Positions 20,759 through 31,147 of a DNA stretch of 64,000 bases are shown here, one piece after another. The notes under the pieces are model-generated. The model saw only the letters and a program-made list of their open reading frames with translations, made no database searches and was not told the DNA's origin. The stretch's first letter is position 1. Each line of letters begins with the position of its first letter. The stretch covers positions 864,001 to 928,000 of the forward strand of contig CBDCUI010000008.1 in assembly GCA_965222615.1 (NCBI GenBank), given 5' to 3'. The translations under genes were made by a program, and so were the position numbers. This DNA comes from Gammaproteobacteria bacterium. GTDB taxonomy: Bacteria; Pseudomonadota; Gammaproteobacteria; UBA4575.

Positions 20759-21160
20759 ATGGTTGCAGAAGTAATTAAATTGCCTCAGGGCACGCCAAAT
20801 AGTTTCCAGCCTATTCAGAATGGTTCGGTGGGCGTCATCAATGCCTCAGTAAAAAATACGCAACAGCCAAAAGTATTTAGTCAATCTGCAAAGCTCATCG
20901 AGCAGGCGGCACAGAATATTGAAGTTGTACGCAAGGCTGCTAGTGATTTAAATAACTTTGCTAAACAAATACAAACCAGTCTGAAATTTTCTGTTGATGA
21001 AGCAAGTGGCCGATCAATTATTACAGTTACAGATTCACAAACCGGCGATGTGATACGCCAAATACCGGCAAAAGAAATCCTTGCGGTGGCAAATTTGCTC
21101 CGCGAATTTACCGCATCCGATATCGATAAAGTCGGCCTACTGTTAGCTGATCAAGGATAA
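20759..21160 (+). CDS. flaG: FlaG family protein
   Basis: LKFSVDEASGRSIITVTDSQTGDVIRQIP. Confidence 0.9.
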   Translation: MVAEVIKLPQGTPNSFQPIQNGSVGVINASVKNTQQPKVFSQSAKLIEQAAQNIEVVRKAASDLNNFAKQIQTSLKFSVDEASGRSIITVTDSQTGDVIRQIPAKEILAVANLLREFTASDIDKVGLLLADQG

Positions 21161-21167
21161 ACACATT

Positions 21168-21183
21168 TGGCACTAATTTTGCC
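21168..21183 (+). promoter_or_regulatory. Sigma54 promoter of fliDST
   Basis: TGGCACTAATTTTGCC (GG-N10-GC); CGGCAA at 21066-21071 inside flaG. Confidence 0.78.
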
Positions 21184-21218
21184 TAACTATCATCATGGAA
21201 TGATGAATTAATTATCGC

Positions 21219-22604
21219 ATGGCAGGTTCAATAACATCATTAGGAATTGGTTCGGGAATCGATATCGAGTCGATCGTTAATCAGCTCGTTGCGGTAGAAC
21301 GCCGTCCAATCCAATTTCTTGAAGCGCAACAAGCTGAAATTGATATTCAGATAAGTGCACTGGGCTTAGTACAAGAGTCGGTATCCAGCTTTCAAAATGC
21401 CGTTGCAGGTTTAAGTTTAGCTAGTGGATTTAGAGCATTTGCAGTTGAGTCTAGTGATGAAGAAGTGCTGTCGGCTACAGCAGGAGAAGGTTCTGTCCCA
21501 ATTTCAAGCGATATAGAAGTATTAACTTTAGCACAAAGGAATAAACTTGCATCTTCCGCCTATGCGAGTACCAGTAGTGTGGTTGGAACAGGCCAACTTA
21601 ATATTGCAGTGGGAGTCGATAGCTTTTCGATCAGTATCGATGAAACCAATAATACTTTAGAAGGAATTCGCACCGCTATTAATGAAAATTTAAGCAATTC
21701 GGGTGTATCGGCATCAATTGTAACAGCTGATGATGGTAGCCACTTAGTGTTGAGTTCAGATGAAGCTGGAATTGCAAATGCGCTGACGATAACGGTCATG
21801 GGTGATGGGGATGGTAATGATACCGATGCAGCAGGATTATCGAACTTGGTTTTTGATTCTGGTGGTACACAAAATCTTCAAGAAATTGACGTGGCCAAAG
21901 ATGCAACGCTAACTGTGGATGGTTTTTCCATTACTAGATCATCCAATGAAATCTCCGATGTGATCGAAGGAGTAACGCTGACATTAAAAGGGGAAGGTAC
22001 AGCATCTTTGAGTGTATCTGAAGATCGAACAGTGGCACAAAGCGCAATTGAAGCAGTTGTTGCAGCATACAACGATTTAATTGTCTCACTAAACACACAA
22101 AGAGAAACTACTTTGCAAGGTGAGTCATTATTACTTGGAATTGAAACACGAATTAGGCAAGCATTTACTAATCGTTTTCAAGTTACTGGAAGTAACTTAT
22201 CATATTTGTTTGATATTGGCCTAACTTTTGACCGTGATGGCATACTGAGCCTGGATAGCGACAAATTCACACAAGCCATTGAAAATGATTTTAAAGGAGT
22301 TGTACAGTTATTTACTGATCCAGAGAATGGGTTTGCTCAATCACTTGATTCAATCCTATCTAGTTACTTACAAACAGGTGGATTAATTCAAGCACGAACT
22401 GATGGATTAACTGATAGTCGATCGCAAATAGATGAAGATATCGAACGCATAGAAGATCGTGTTGAGTTAACAGAAGAACGTCTACGGCGCCAATATACGG
22501 CATTGGATTCTCTTGTAAACCAGTTAAACGCTACGAGTAACTTTTTAACACAGCAATTAGCAAACCTACCAACTAACACACTAATTAATCGTAACAACAA
22601 CTAA
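21219..22604 (+). CDS. fliD: Filament cap FliD
   Basis: SLGIGSGIDIESIVNQLVAVER; QYTALDSLVNQLN. Confidence 0.95.
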   Translation: MAGSITSLGIGSGIDIESIVNQLVAVERRPIQFLEAQQAEIDIQISALGLVQESVSSFQNAVAGLSLASGFRAFAVESSDEEVLSATAGEGSVPISSDIEVLTLAQRNKLASSAYASTSSVVGTGQLNIAVGVDSFSISIDETNNTLEGIRTAINENLSNSGVSASIVTADDGSHLVLSSDEAGIANALTITVMGDGDGNDTDAAGLSNLVFDSGGTQNLQEIDVAKDATLTVDGFSITRSSNEISDVIEGVTLTLKGEGTASLSVSEDRTVAQSAIEAVVAAYNDLIVSLNTQRETTLQGESLLLGIETRIRQAFTNRFQVTGSNLSYLFDIGLTFDRDGILSLDSDKFTQAIENDFKGVVQLFTDPENGFAQSLDSILSSYLQTGGLIQARTDGLTDSRSQIDEDIERIEDRVELTEERLRRQYTALDSLVNQLNATSNFLTQQLANLPTNTLINRNNN

Positions 22605-22642
22605 TATTTTGATTGTTAAATTTTGAAAAAGGGATAGTAATT

Positions 22643-23041
22643 ATGAACACGACAGCAGCTTTTGCATTAGATGAATATCGTAGTAGTGGTGCTCATGGGG
22701 ATGTAGAACAAGCTGATGCACATGGTTTAGTAAATCTGTTATTTAAAGGTGCAATTGATAATATAGTTTCTGCAAAAGGCTATATTGAACGAAAACAAAT
22801 ACAGGAAAAAGCAGCCGCTATCACAAAATCCATCGCAATTCTAGACGGGCTCCGTTCTAGTCTAAATGTCGAAGGCGGAGGAGATATTGCGCAAAATTTA
22901 GATGATTTGTATGACTATATGCAAAGACGCTTAGTAGTCGCCAATGCAGATAATGATGTAGATATCATTCAAGAAGTGGCGGGGCTACTAGGTGAAATTC
23001 AAGAAGCTTGGAACAGCATTCCTAAAGACGCTCGTTTATAA
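22643..23041 (+). CDS. fliS: Flagellin chaperone FliS
   Basis: GDIAQNLDDLYDYM...EAW; ATG 22643 preferred to TTG 22613. Confidence 0.93.
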   Translation: MNTTAAFALDEYRSSGAHGDVEQADAHGLVNLLFKGAIDNIVSAKGYIERKQIQEKAAAITKSIAILDGLRSSLNVEGGGDIAQNLDDLYDYMQRRLVVANADNDVDIIQEVAGLLGEIQEAWNSIPKDARL

Positions 23042-23078
23042 AAGTGCTGTTCTGGTCGTAGTAGGTTAACACGACGAA

Positions 23079-23384
23079 ATGAATATAAAAGAACGGCTCA
23101 ATATTCTAGACAATACAGGCAAGGACCTTCTTGCCGCAATCGAAAATAAGTCTTGGGATGTAGCTTTACATTATTCCCATGAATGGAGTGCCTGTATACG
23201 AGACTTATTCGATTGTGTGACTTCTGATCAATTTATGCTATACGAAAGTGAATTACTAAATATTGAAAATCAACTCCAAGATGTGACAGGAAAGTTAACG
23301 CATTTACGTGCCAAAACTTTGACGCAGTTACAAGATATTAGTAAGTACCATGCTTTTAATAAGCTCTATAGCGATAGGGAATGA
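23079..23384 (+). CDS. Probable FliT-like chaperone
   Basis: Small helical protein after fliS; AIENKSWD motif; assignment mainly positional. Confidence 0.5.
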   Translation: MNIKERLNILDNTGKDLLAAIENKSWDVALHYSHEWSACIRDLFDCVTSDQFMLYESELLNIENQLQDVTGKLTHLRAKTLTQLQDISKYHAFNKLYSDRE

Positions 23385-23676
23385 GTAGAATAGTTGTGGA
23401 TGTAAACTTTTTCTATATTGAAGTTATTCAAATAAGTTAATGATGCTAAAAAGTATTATCTTCTGTTAGCCTTTAATTATTTCAATATTTGCGCTAGGTT
23501 TTTATTATAACTATGGTTACAATAAGTTATATGGAAATTCGATCTAGATCTAGTTGGATTTCATAAACCTTACAAGCTGGAAGGGAGTACAGCTATCACA
23601 GCAATCTAGTGGAGTATGTGAGTTCCTTTAAATAAACGTTATTTCGTTGCTTATTTAAAAAGGATGAATTATAGGG

Positions 23677-24777
23677 ATGGGGATTGAACAATCAGTAACA
23701 GGATCTTTCTTAGAGGCTGAACATCTGTCCCATGGTGGAAGAAGGACAAATAATAAATCACTCTTAGATGGGCACAGTAAAGCTATTCAGCGTGTAGGCG
23801 ATCTTATCGAGCGTGTTGCAAATACCGATGCAAACGTATTGGTGCTTGGTGAGTCAGGTACTGGTAAAGAAGTAGTAGCGCGCAGTATCCATACCATTTC
23901 TAACCGCTCGCCCAACTATTTTGTACCGGTTAATTGTGCGGCTATTCCTCAGGATCTTTTAGAGAGTGAGCTGTTTGGTCATGTTAAAGGAGCATTTACA
24001 GGCGCCATTACTGATCGCAAAGGTCGTTTTGAATTAGCGAAAGGTGGCACGATATTTCTCGATGAAATCGGGGATATGGATCTTAATATGCAGGCAAAGC
24101 TCTTGCGTGTACTACAGGAAAAAGTATTTGAACCTGTTGGTGGAACCAAACCGATTCGTGCAGATGTAAGGGTGATTGCGGCAACTCATCGTAATTTAGA
24201 TGAGATGGTTACTAAAGGTGAGTTTAGAGAAGATTTATTTTATCGCCTACATGTATTCCCTATAGAATTACCACCTCTACGCAGGCGCGCTGAAGATCTA
24301 CCAGCGTTAGTATATGCTATTACAGATAAGTTGCGGCGTGAAACTGGAAAAGAAATTAAAGTCACATCGGATGCTTTGGACGTTTTAACGCGTTATACCT
24401 GGCCAGGAAATGTTAGAGAATTATCAAATTTGCTTGAACGGCTAAGTATTTTGTATCCTGATACTGCAGTTGATGCGTCAAAATTACCTGGTAGATATAA
24501 TTCTCTTTCGAATTATGAAAATGTAGAAAGAGATTCTATTGTTCAATATTCGGAATCTATTCAGCCTGAATCTAATTTAGGAGGACTACCTCCACTCACC
24601 TCTAAAGGTGTTGATCTAAAATCACAAATAACATCAGTAGAGCAATACTACATTCTACAAGCACTAGATATGGCAAATGGTGTTGTCGCTCAAGCAGCAA
24701 AGTTGCTTGGTTTACGTCGAACTACACTTGTAGAAAAGTTAAAAAAGCATGATTTACGTCGTTCAGTAACGCCATAG
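23677..24777 (+). CDS. fleQ: Sigma54-dependent flagellar master regulator, FleQ/FlrA-like, lacking the N-terminal domain
   Basis: [22 protein letters not shown]; C-terminal [22 protein letters not shown]; position between fliT and fleS. Confidence 0.85.
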   Translation: MGIEQSVTGSFLEAEHLSHGGRRTNNKSLLDGHSKAIQRVGDLIERVANTDANVLVLGESGTGKEVVARSIHTISNRSPNYFVPVNCAAIPQDLLESELFGHVKGAFTGAITDRKGRFELAKGGTIFLDEIGDMDLNMQAKLLRVLQEKVFEPVGGTKPIRADVRVIAATHRNLDEMVTKGEFREDLFYRLHVFPIELPPLRRRAEDLPALVYAITDKLRRETGKEIKVTSDALDVLTRYTWPGNVRELSNLLERLSILYPDTAVDASKLPGRYNSLSNYENVERDSIVQYSESIQPESNLGGLPPLTSKGVDLKSQITSVEQYYILQALDMANGVVAQAAKLLGLRRTTLVEKLKKHDLRRSVTP

Positions 24778-24881
24778 ATTTGACGTAACCCTTCTTTTAA
24801 ATCTGTAAGTTCCTGTATCTTAAGAAAAACTAAAGTAGGCATGTTGCTTGCATAGTGAATATCGTGCGTCATATTTTTGAT
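24771..24881 (+). promoter_or_regulatory. Sigma54 promoter of fleSR flanked by two FleQ-box-like sites
   Basis: AGGCATGTTGCTTGCA 24837-24852; GCCA-N6-TGAC 24771-24784; GTCA-N6-TGAT 24868-24881. Confidence 0.65.
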
Positions 24882-24918
24882 GCACTGGAAACTATGTAAA
24901 ACAAAGAGGATATGTCTA

Positions 24919-26109
24919 ATGGAAGTAGCAATAGATCAATCTAAACAATCGCTAGAATCTGCATTTGATGATTTCAATCGTGTATCAGTCGATTTGACAC
25001 ATGCCTATAGTTTGCTGGAGAAAAGAATTAAAGATCTTCACAAAGAACTAGAAATCGCACGTAGTGAAAAGATTCACCAACTAATCGAAAAAGAAAACCT
25101 AGCTGATCGGCTATCTGTATTAATCCGAACATTACCAGTAGGGGTCATAGTTCTTGATGATTACGGAAAAATAATAGAACACAACGAAATTGCTGGAACA
25201 CTAATCGGCACAAATTTAAGCGATAAGCTATGGACAAAGATAGCTAAAAAACATTTGGCACCAGGTTATTCTGGAAATTCAGAAATATGCCTCAAAGATG
25301 GACGTTACATATCATTAAAAATAGAAGACCAAAAGCATGGTGAAGGCAAAATTATTGTAATTACAGATGTTACTGAACAGCATGAATTGCATGAATCAGC
25401 AAGTAGGCAAGATCGATTAGAAACATTGGGTAAGATGGTCGCATCACTTGCCCATCAGATAAGAACCCCATTAACCGCAGCTTTTTTATATACATCTAGT
25501 TTAGAAAAGCGCATAAATAGACAAGATCTATCATTTCAACTCATTGAGAATATTAAACATAGTCTTCAAAGTTTAGAAAAAACAGTAAACGATATGCTTT
25601 CATATGCAAAGGGAGAATGGGAACTAAATGATTTATTTGCTCTCGATAAACTGGCCGCAAACATTAAAAAAGATATTGATACGGAATTTGGACAATATTT
25701 AGTTGATTTTAAATTATTGATAACAGATAACAATCCAAATATATCAGTCAATTACACAGCTTTTTGGGGTGCAATCAAAAATGTCATTCATAATGCGATT
25801 CAAGCAAGTGATTATGATTCTAAAGTTGTAGTTGAAGTTAGTAAGAATGCTTCAAGCGTTATATTTTCTATACGAGATAAAGGGGATGGTATAACAGAAG
25901 GAATCAAAGAAAAAATATTTGAGCCATTTTTTACTACTAAAGCGGGAGGGACAGGTTTGGGTTTAGCAGTGGTTAAGTCTGTTATTGAGACACACCAGGG
26001 TAATATAGAAGTCCTCGATGAAATTCCTCATGGAACATGCGTAAACATTCACATACCTGAATTTACAGAATTTATGCCTATTTCAAGTTCAACTGAAAAA
26101 AACCTATAA
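24919..26109 (+). CDS. fleS: PAS sensor kinase FleS/FlrB
   Basis: LGKMVASLAHQIRTPL H-box; FEPFFTTK, GTGLGL; ATG 24919 behind GAGGA (track start 24877). Confidence 0.92.
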   Translation: MEVAIDQSKQSLESAFDDFNRVSVDLTHAYSLLEKRIKDLHKELEIARSEKIHQLIEKENLADRLSVLIRTLPVGVIVLDDYGKIIEHNEIAGTLIGTNLSDKLWTKIAKKHLAPGYSGNSEICLKDGRYISLKIEDQKHGEGKIIVITDVTEQHELHESASRQDRLETLGKMVASLAHQIRTPLTAAFLYTSSLEKRINRQDLSFQLIENIKHSLQSLEKTVNDMLSYAKGEWELNDLFALDKLAANIKKDIDTEFGQYLVDFKLLITDNNPNISVNYTAFWGAIKNVIHNAIQASDYDSKVVVEVSKNASSVIFSIRDKGDGITEGIKEKIFEPFFTTKAGGTGLGLAVVKSVIETHQGNIEVLDEIPHGTCVNIHIPEFTEFMPISSSTEKNL

Positions 26110-26130
26110 ATCTAAATTACGAGGTGAGAA

Positions 26131-27489
26131 ATGCGGTCAGGGAATGTTCTTATTGTTGAAGATGATAAAAAGTTGAGTGAGGCTATTGCAGGCGCAATAC
26201 GTGAACATGGTTTTTCAGTATATGAAAGCAGTTCACCAATGCGGGCTATGAATCAATTAGGTAAAGAGCGCTTTGATATTGTTTTAAGTGATATTCAATT
26301 TGATAAATCTGTGTCATCAAATGATCCGATTATTGATGGCTATCAATTTCTCGAGGCAATAAAACGGAAATATTTAACACTACCTGTTGTTTTAATGACA
26401 GCATATGGAACGATTGAAAAGGCTGTAACTTCAATACAAAATGGTGCAAGTGATTATCTAGTAAAACCATTTGATTCCGAATATTTAATTAGTGTTATAA
26501 AAAAGAATTTACGTGTAAATGTCTCTAAATATTCAAATGACAATAATTTCATCTCAGTTGATAAAAAATCGATAGAAACAAAAAAAATTGCTAGAAGAGT
26601 TGCTATTACTTCTGTATCGGTATTTTTGCGTGGTGAAAGTGGTACAGGTAAAGAAGTGTTAGCACGATACATTCATTCCAATTCACCCCGTGCCAAGTGT
26701 CCATTTGTTGCAATTAATTGTGCGGCAATACCTGAAAATATGCTTGAAGCAGTACTCTTTGGCTATGAAAAAGGCGCATATACAGGAGCTCATCAAGCAA
26801 AAGCTGGAAAATTTGAGGAGGCACAAGAAGGAACATTATTGTTAGATGAGATATCTGAAATGGACTTAACCCTACAAGCAAAACTATTACGAGTTTTACA
26901 GGAGAAGCAAGTAGAGAGACTTGGTGGGAAAAAGTTAATTGATCTCGATGTGAGAATAGTAGCGACGTCTAATAGAAATTTGAAGGAAGAGGTTAAAAAC
27001 GGAAAATTCAGAGAAGATCTTTATTATAGATTAAATGTTTTCCCTATTAATTTATATCCTTTGCGAGAGCGTACAGAAGATATCCTTCCTTTATCTTATG
27101 TATTTATTAATAAATTTTCTCCAAATAATTCGATAGAAATTTCTGAACTGGCTCGTAAGCGACTTATTCAATATGAATGGCCTGGAAATGTAAGAGAGTT
27201 AGAGAATGTAATACAGCGTGCAATTGTATTATGCAGCGGTAATGTAATCGAAGAAAATGTATTGGAATTGGATGAATTTGAAGATGAAGATAATAATAAA
27301 GTTACAAATTTGACAACAGATTTGAAGTCACATGAGCAAGAGTTGATATTGAAAGCACTAGAGTCAGAGCATGGAAATAGAAAGATAGTTGCAGAAAAGT
27401 TAGGGATCAGTCCGAGAACACTTCGCTATAAAATTGCAAAAATGAAGGAAAGTGGAATTGCAATCCCACCAGTATTTAGAACAGTTTAG
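26131..27489 (+). CDS. fleR: Sigma54 response regulator FleR/FlrC
   Basis: REC + AAA+ (GAYTGA) + LGISPRTLRYK HTH. Confidence 0.92.
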   Translation: MRSGNVLIVEDDKKLSEAIAGAIREHGFSVYESSSPMRAMNQLGKERFDIVLSDIQFDKSVSSNDPIIDGYQFLEAIKRKYLTLPVVLMTAYGTIEKAVTSIQNGASDYLVKPFDSEYLISVIKKNLRVNVSKYSNDNNFISVDKKSIETKKIARRVAITSVSVFLRGESGTGKEVLARYIHSNSPRAKCPFVAINCAAIPENMLEAVLFGYEKGAYTGAHQAKAGKFEEAQEGTLLLDEISEMDLTLQAKLLRVLQEKQVERLGGKKLIDLDVRIVATSNRNLKEEVKNGKFREDLYYRLNVFPINLYPLRERTEDILPLSYVFINKFSPNNSIEISELARKRLIQYEWPGNVRELENVIQRAIVLCSGNVIEENVLELDEFEDEDNNKVTNLTTDLKSHEQELILKALESEHGNRKIVAEKLGISPRTLRYKIAKMKESGIAIPPVFRTV

Positions 27490-27513
27490 ATAACTTAGTA
27501 AGGAATAATTATT

Positions 27514-27828
27514 ATGAGTGACATAAAAATCAATGAATTACTTAGTCAAATAAGAAGTATTTCAAAACAAATAGAGCCAAATGTTAATTTACAAGAAGAA
27601 GAACAGCTAAATTTCACATCAGTTTTAAAGAGTTCAATTGACAAAGTTAATCAACAACAAATGAAAGCAGCAGAGTTAGCTAATAGCTTCGAAAAAGGTG
27701 ATGCAACGGTAGAATTGTCCAGGGTAATGATAGAAATGCAAAAAGCAAGGGTCTCATTTGAGGCAGCTAAACAAGTACGAAATCAATTGGTAACGGCATA
27801 CCAAGAGATCATGAGTATGCCTGTTTAG
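27514..27828 (+). CDS. fliE: FliE
   Basis: VMIEMQKARVSFEAAKQVRNQLVTAYQEIMSMPV. Confidence 0.95.
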   Translation: MSDIKINELLSQIRSISKQIEPNVNLQEEEQLNFTSVLKSSIDKVNQQQMKAAELANSFEKGDATVELSRVMIEMQKARVSFEAAKQVRNQLVTAYQEIMSMPV

Positions 27829-27864
27829 AAAAATATTACTATGGTTGAAACAGAGAACTAATAT

Positions 27865-29520
27865 ATGGCTACCACTATTGATGGTGCAGAAGCTCCAACA
27901 GCCTTTAATCCAGGAGTTTTTTTTCGCCAACTATTTTCCCATTTAAGCATTATTTTTGGTTTAGCAGCCGTGTTGGCTTTAGGGGTAGGAGTTACGCTTT
28001 GGTCAATAAAGCCAGAGTTTAGTCCTTTGTATTCGAATTTATCTCAATCAGATACGGGGCTTGTTGCTGATTCATTGCGAGCTTCTAATATACCGTTTCG
28101 AATCGATTCTGCATCAGGTCAGGTTTTAGTTGCCAATAATAAAATTAGTGAGGCAAAGATATTACTTGCATCTGAAGGTTTACCTCAATCTAGTGGAACA
28201 GGGTTTGAGGTTTTAAAAGAAAAGTCTTCTTTAGGTACCAGTCAGTTTATGGAATCAGCTCGTTATCAGCATGCATTAGAAATTGAGTTGAGCCGCACAA
28301 TTGGTGGAATGCGGAATATTGACAGTGCAAGGGTTCATATAGCAATGCCAAAACATTCGGTATTTGTACGAAATCGTGGTGTGACCTCAGCATCGATTAT
28401 GCTCAAGCTTATGCCAGGAAGAGTTTTAGAGTCAGGACAAGCAGAGTCTATTACACATTTAGTTGCATCGAGTGTACCTTACCTTGAAACAAATAACGTA
28501 ACAATTGTTAATCAATGGGGACAGTTGTTAAGTTCATCTAGTGAAAATGATGTCATTGCTCAGTCAGAAAAACAGTTGAAATATAAAAAAGAACTAGAAA
28601 GAACATATTCAAAACGCATTGAGGAATTATTAACACCAATATATGGGATAAATAAAATAAAAGCGCAAGTTAATGCAGAAATTGAATTTGCTAAAAGTGA
28701 AAGTGCAGAAGAATTGTTTGACCCTGATGCGCAACAAGTTAGAAGTGAGCGAATCTCTGATCAGCGCAATGAAGGGTCATCGTCTGTTGCGGTTGGTATA
28801 CCAGGTGCTTTAAGTAATCAGCCTCCTGCAGGAGGCGAATTACAGCAACAGGCATCACAAGATGAAGAGTCTACGTCAACAACTTCTTCTCCAGTTTCTT
28901 CGACACAAAACACAGTACGAAATTATGAGCTTGATAAGACATTGCGATATACACAAGAAGCTAAGAGTCTCATAAATCGTATCACAGTAGCGATTGTTGT
29001 GGATGACAAAGAGATAGTTAATGAAGCGGGTGAAGCAGTAAAATCACCGTTAGATGGCGAAGATTTTGCATTAATACGTGGAATTGTGCGTGATGCCATT
29101 GGGTTCGATGAAGAGCGTGGTGACAGTATTACTGTATATAACAGTAGTTTCATTCCAGAAGAAATTATTGAAGAGCCACCTGCTATACCAATCTGGAAAC
29201 AACCTTGGCTACTATCTATTATTAAGCAAGTTTTTGCAGGAATTGCAGTGCTAATCATTTTATTTATGGTTGTGCGTCCGGCGATGAAGACACTTCAGAA
29301 TAAACACAAGTCTATTGCGACAGGTGAGGTTGTAGGTACAGGAGAATTGCAAAATGATGTAACTGGAACGAATGCAATGCTTGCAAATTCTTCAAAAAGC
29401 CTTGCGGTAACTCATCCTAATTATGTGCAACAGTTAGCGATGGCTAAAGAGTTAGTAGCGCAAGATCCTAAACAGGTAGCAAAAATAGTAAAAAATTGGG
29501 TAACACCTGATGAAGAGTAA
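27865..29520 (+). CDS. fliF: MS-ring protein FliF
   Basis: ALEIELSRTI, ARVHIAMP, GIPGALSNQPP, RNYELDK. Confidence 0.95.
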   Translation: MATTIDGAEAPTAFNPGVFFRQLFSHLSIIFGLAAVLALGVGVTLWSIKPEFSPLYSNLSQSDTGLVADSLRASNIPFRIDSASGQVLVANNKISEAKILLASEGLPQSSGTGFEVLKEKSSLGTSQFMESARYQHALEIELSRTIGGMRNIDSARVHIAMPKHSVFVRNRGVTSASIMLKLMPGRVLESGQAESITHLVASSVPYLETNNVTIVNQWGQLLSSSSENDVIAQSEKQLKYKKELERTYSKRIEELLTPIYGINKIKAQVNAEIEFAKSESAEELFDPDAQQVRSERISDQRNEGSSSVAVGIPGALSNQPPAGGELQQQASQDEESTSTTSSPVSSTQNTVRNYELDKTLRYTQEAKSLINRITVAIVVDDKEIVNEAGEAVKSPLDGEDFALIRGIVRDAIGFDEERGDSITVYNSSFIPEEIIEEPPAIPIWKQPWLLSIIKQVFAGIAVLIILFMVVRPAMKTLQNKHKSIATGEVVGTGELQNDVTGTNAMLANSSKSLAVTHPNYVQQLAMAKELVAQDPKQVAKIVKNWVTPDEE

Positions 29521-30529
29521 AGTAGAGCCTGAAGCTGATGAATTAAATGGTGCGCAACGTGCTGCGGTATTGTTAATGGTACTTGGTGAGTCAGAGGCAT
29601 CAAGAGTTCTTAAGTTTATGGATCCAGAAGAACTTGAGGTTATTGGCTCTGCTATGAATGAGATAAAGGATGTTACACAAAATCACATATATGATGTTTT
29701 GAATGATTTTGATAGTAATAACCAAATGCATACACCGCTTGATATCGGCTCGCAAGATTATCTTAAAAAAATATTAGTACAAGCATTAGGGCAAAATAAA
29801 GCTAATGGCATTATGTCTCGTATTATTTTAGGGCCAGATGCAAGTGGATTGGAAGTATTAAAATGGGCTGATCCAGCATATATTGCAGATGTGATTAAGG
29901 AAGAACATCCTCAATTAATTGCAATTTTATTAGTACACTTAAAAATTGAACAAGCTGGAAAAGTTTTAGAAATTCTTGATGAAGAAAAAAGAACAAATGT
30001 TTTGTTAAGAGTGGCTAAACTTAGTGAAATTAATTCTTCAGCACTTAAAGAGTTAGAAGATCTTGTAGAAAATAGATTTTCAAAAGAGGCTAATACTAAA
30101 ATTAAAAATTTAGGAGGTGTTAATACAGCAGCAAATATTTTGAATAACGTGGATAAAGATACTGAGAATAATATTGTAGAAGAGCTTAAAAAAATAGATG
30201 AACAATTGTGTGAAGAAATTAAAGGGAAAATGTTTGTATTTGATAATCTTCTTCAAGTAGATGACCGTGGCATGCAAACAATTTTACGAGAAGCTCCCCA
30301 AGACAAGTTGGTTATTGCATTGAAAGGGGCAAGCAGTGAAATATCTAACAAAATATTTAAAAATATGTCAAAACGAGCAGCCGAGTTATTAAAAGATGAT
30401 TTAGAAGCTTCTGGTCCTGTTCGTTTATCTGAAGTTGAAGAGGCGCAAAAAGAAATATTAGAAGTAGCGCTTAGATTAGCAGAGGAAGGTACAATCATGC
30501 TAGGTGGGAAAGGGGAAACTTTCCTGTAA
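29510..30529 (+). CDS. fliG: Motor switch FliG
   Basis: EHPQ, GG, MFVF, NMSKRAA motifs. Confidence 0.96.
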   Translation: MKSKVEPEADELNGAQRAAVLLMVLGESEASRVLKFMDPEELEVIGSAMNEIKDVTQNHIYDVLNDFDSNNQMHTPLDIGSQDYLKKILVQALGQNKANGIMSRIILGPDASGLEVLKWADPAYIADVIKEEHPQLIAILLVHLKIEQAGKVLEILDEEKRTNVLLRVAKLSEINSSALKELEDLVENRFSKEANTKIKNLGGVNTAANILNNVDKDTENNIVEELKKIDEQLCEEIKGKMFVFDNLLQVDDRGMQTILREAPQDKLVIALKGASSEISNKIFKNMSKRAAELLKDDLEASGPVRLSEVEEAQKEILEVALRLAEEGTIMLGGKGETFL

Positions 30530-30544
30530 AAACTTATCATTATC

Positions 30545-31147
30545 ATGCAAAAAGACAAAACTTGGCAGCCTGCATCAATTTCAAATTTTCAAATATCTAA
30601 AGAAAGCCCATATTTAGATAGAGATTTGTCACCTGCTAGCAATCAACTATCTTATAGTGAGAAATTAAAAAGAGGGTATGAAGAAGGGTTGAAGAAAGCT
30701 GAAAGTGAATTGAACGGATATAGAAAAACTTTAGAAGATATCTTAAATGGAATGTTAAATCCTCTTCAAGAAATAGACAATGAAGTTATCGATTCAATTG
30801 CAAATCTTTCTATATCAATCTCTAAACAAATTATCAGAAGAGAGCTGCAAATTCGTTCTGATCAAGTAGTATCGGTTGTTAGAGAAGCTATCAAGATGTT
30901 ACCACTTGATAAAAATCATCTTACTATTCACTTAAATTCAAAAGATGTGAAGATAGTACGTAATGTATTTAGCAATGATGAAATAACGGAGAACTATTCA
31001 TTTATAGAAGACCCATCTATAGAGCCAGGAGGATGTAAGTTAGTAGCTGAAGATTCCTTTATAGATGCAACCCTTGATTCACAAATTGCACAAATCGCCG
31101 CTAAGATTTTTGGAAGTCAGCGCATAGCCGATAATTCTGATGGTTAA
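30545..31147 (+). CDS. fliH: Export ATPase regulator FliH
   Basis: GYEEG; EDPSIEPGGC...IDAT. Confidence 0.88.
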   Translation: MQKDKTWQPASISNFQISKESPYLDRDLSPASNQLSYSEKLKRGYEEGLKKAESELNGYRKTLEDILNGMLNPLQEIDNEVIDSIANLSISISKQIIRRELQIRSDQVVSVVREAIKMLPLDKNHLTIHLNSKDVKIVRNVFSNDEITENYSFIEDPSIEPGGCKLVAEDSFIDATLDSQIAQIAAKIFGSQRIADNSDG

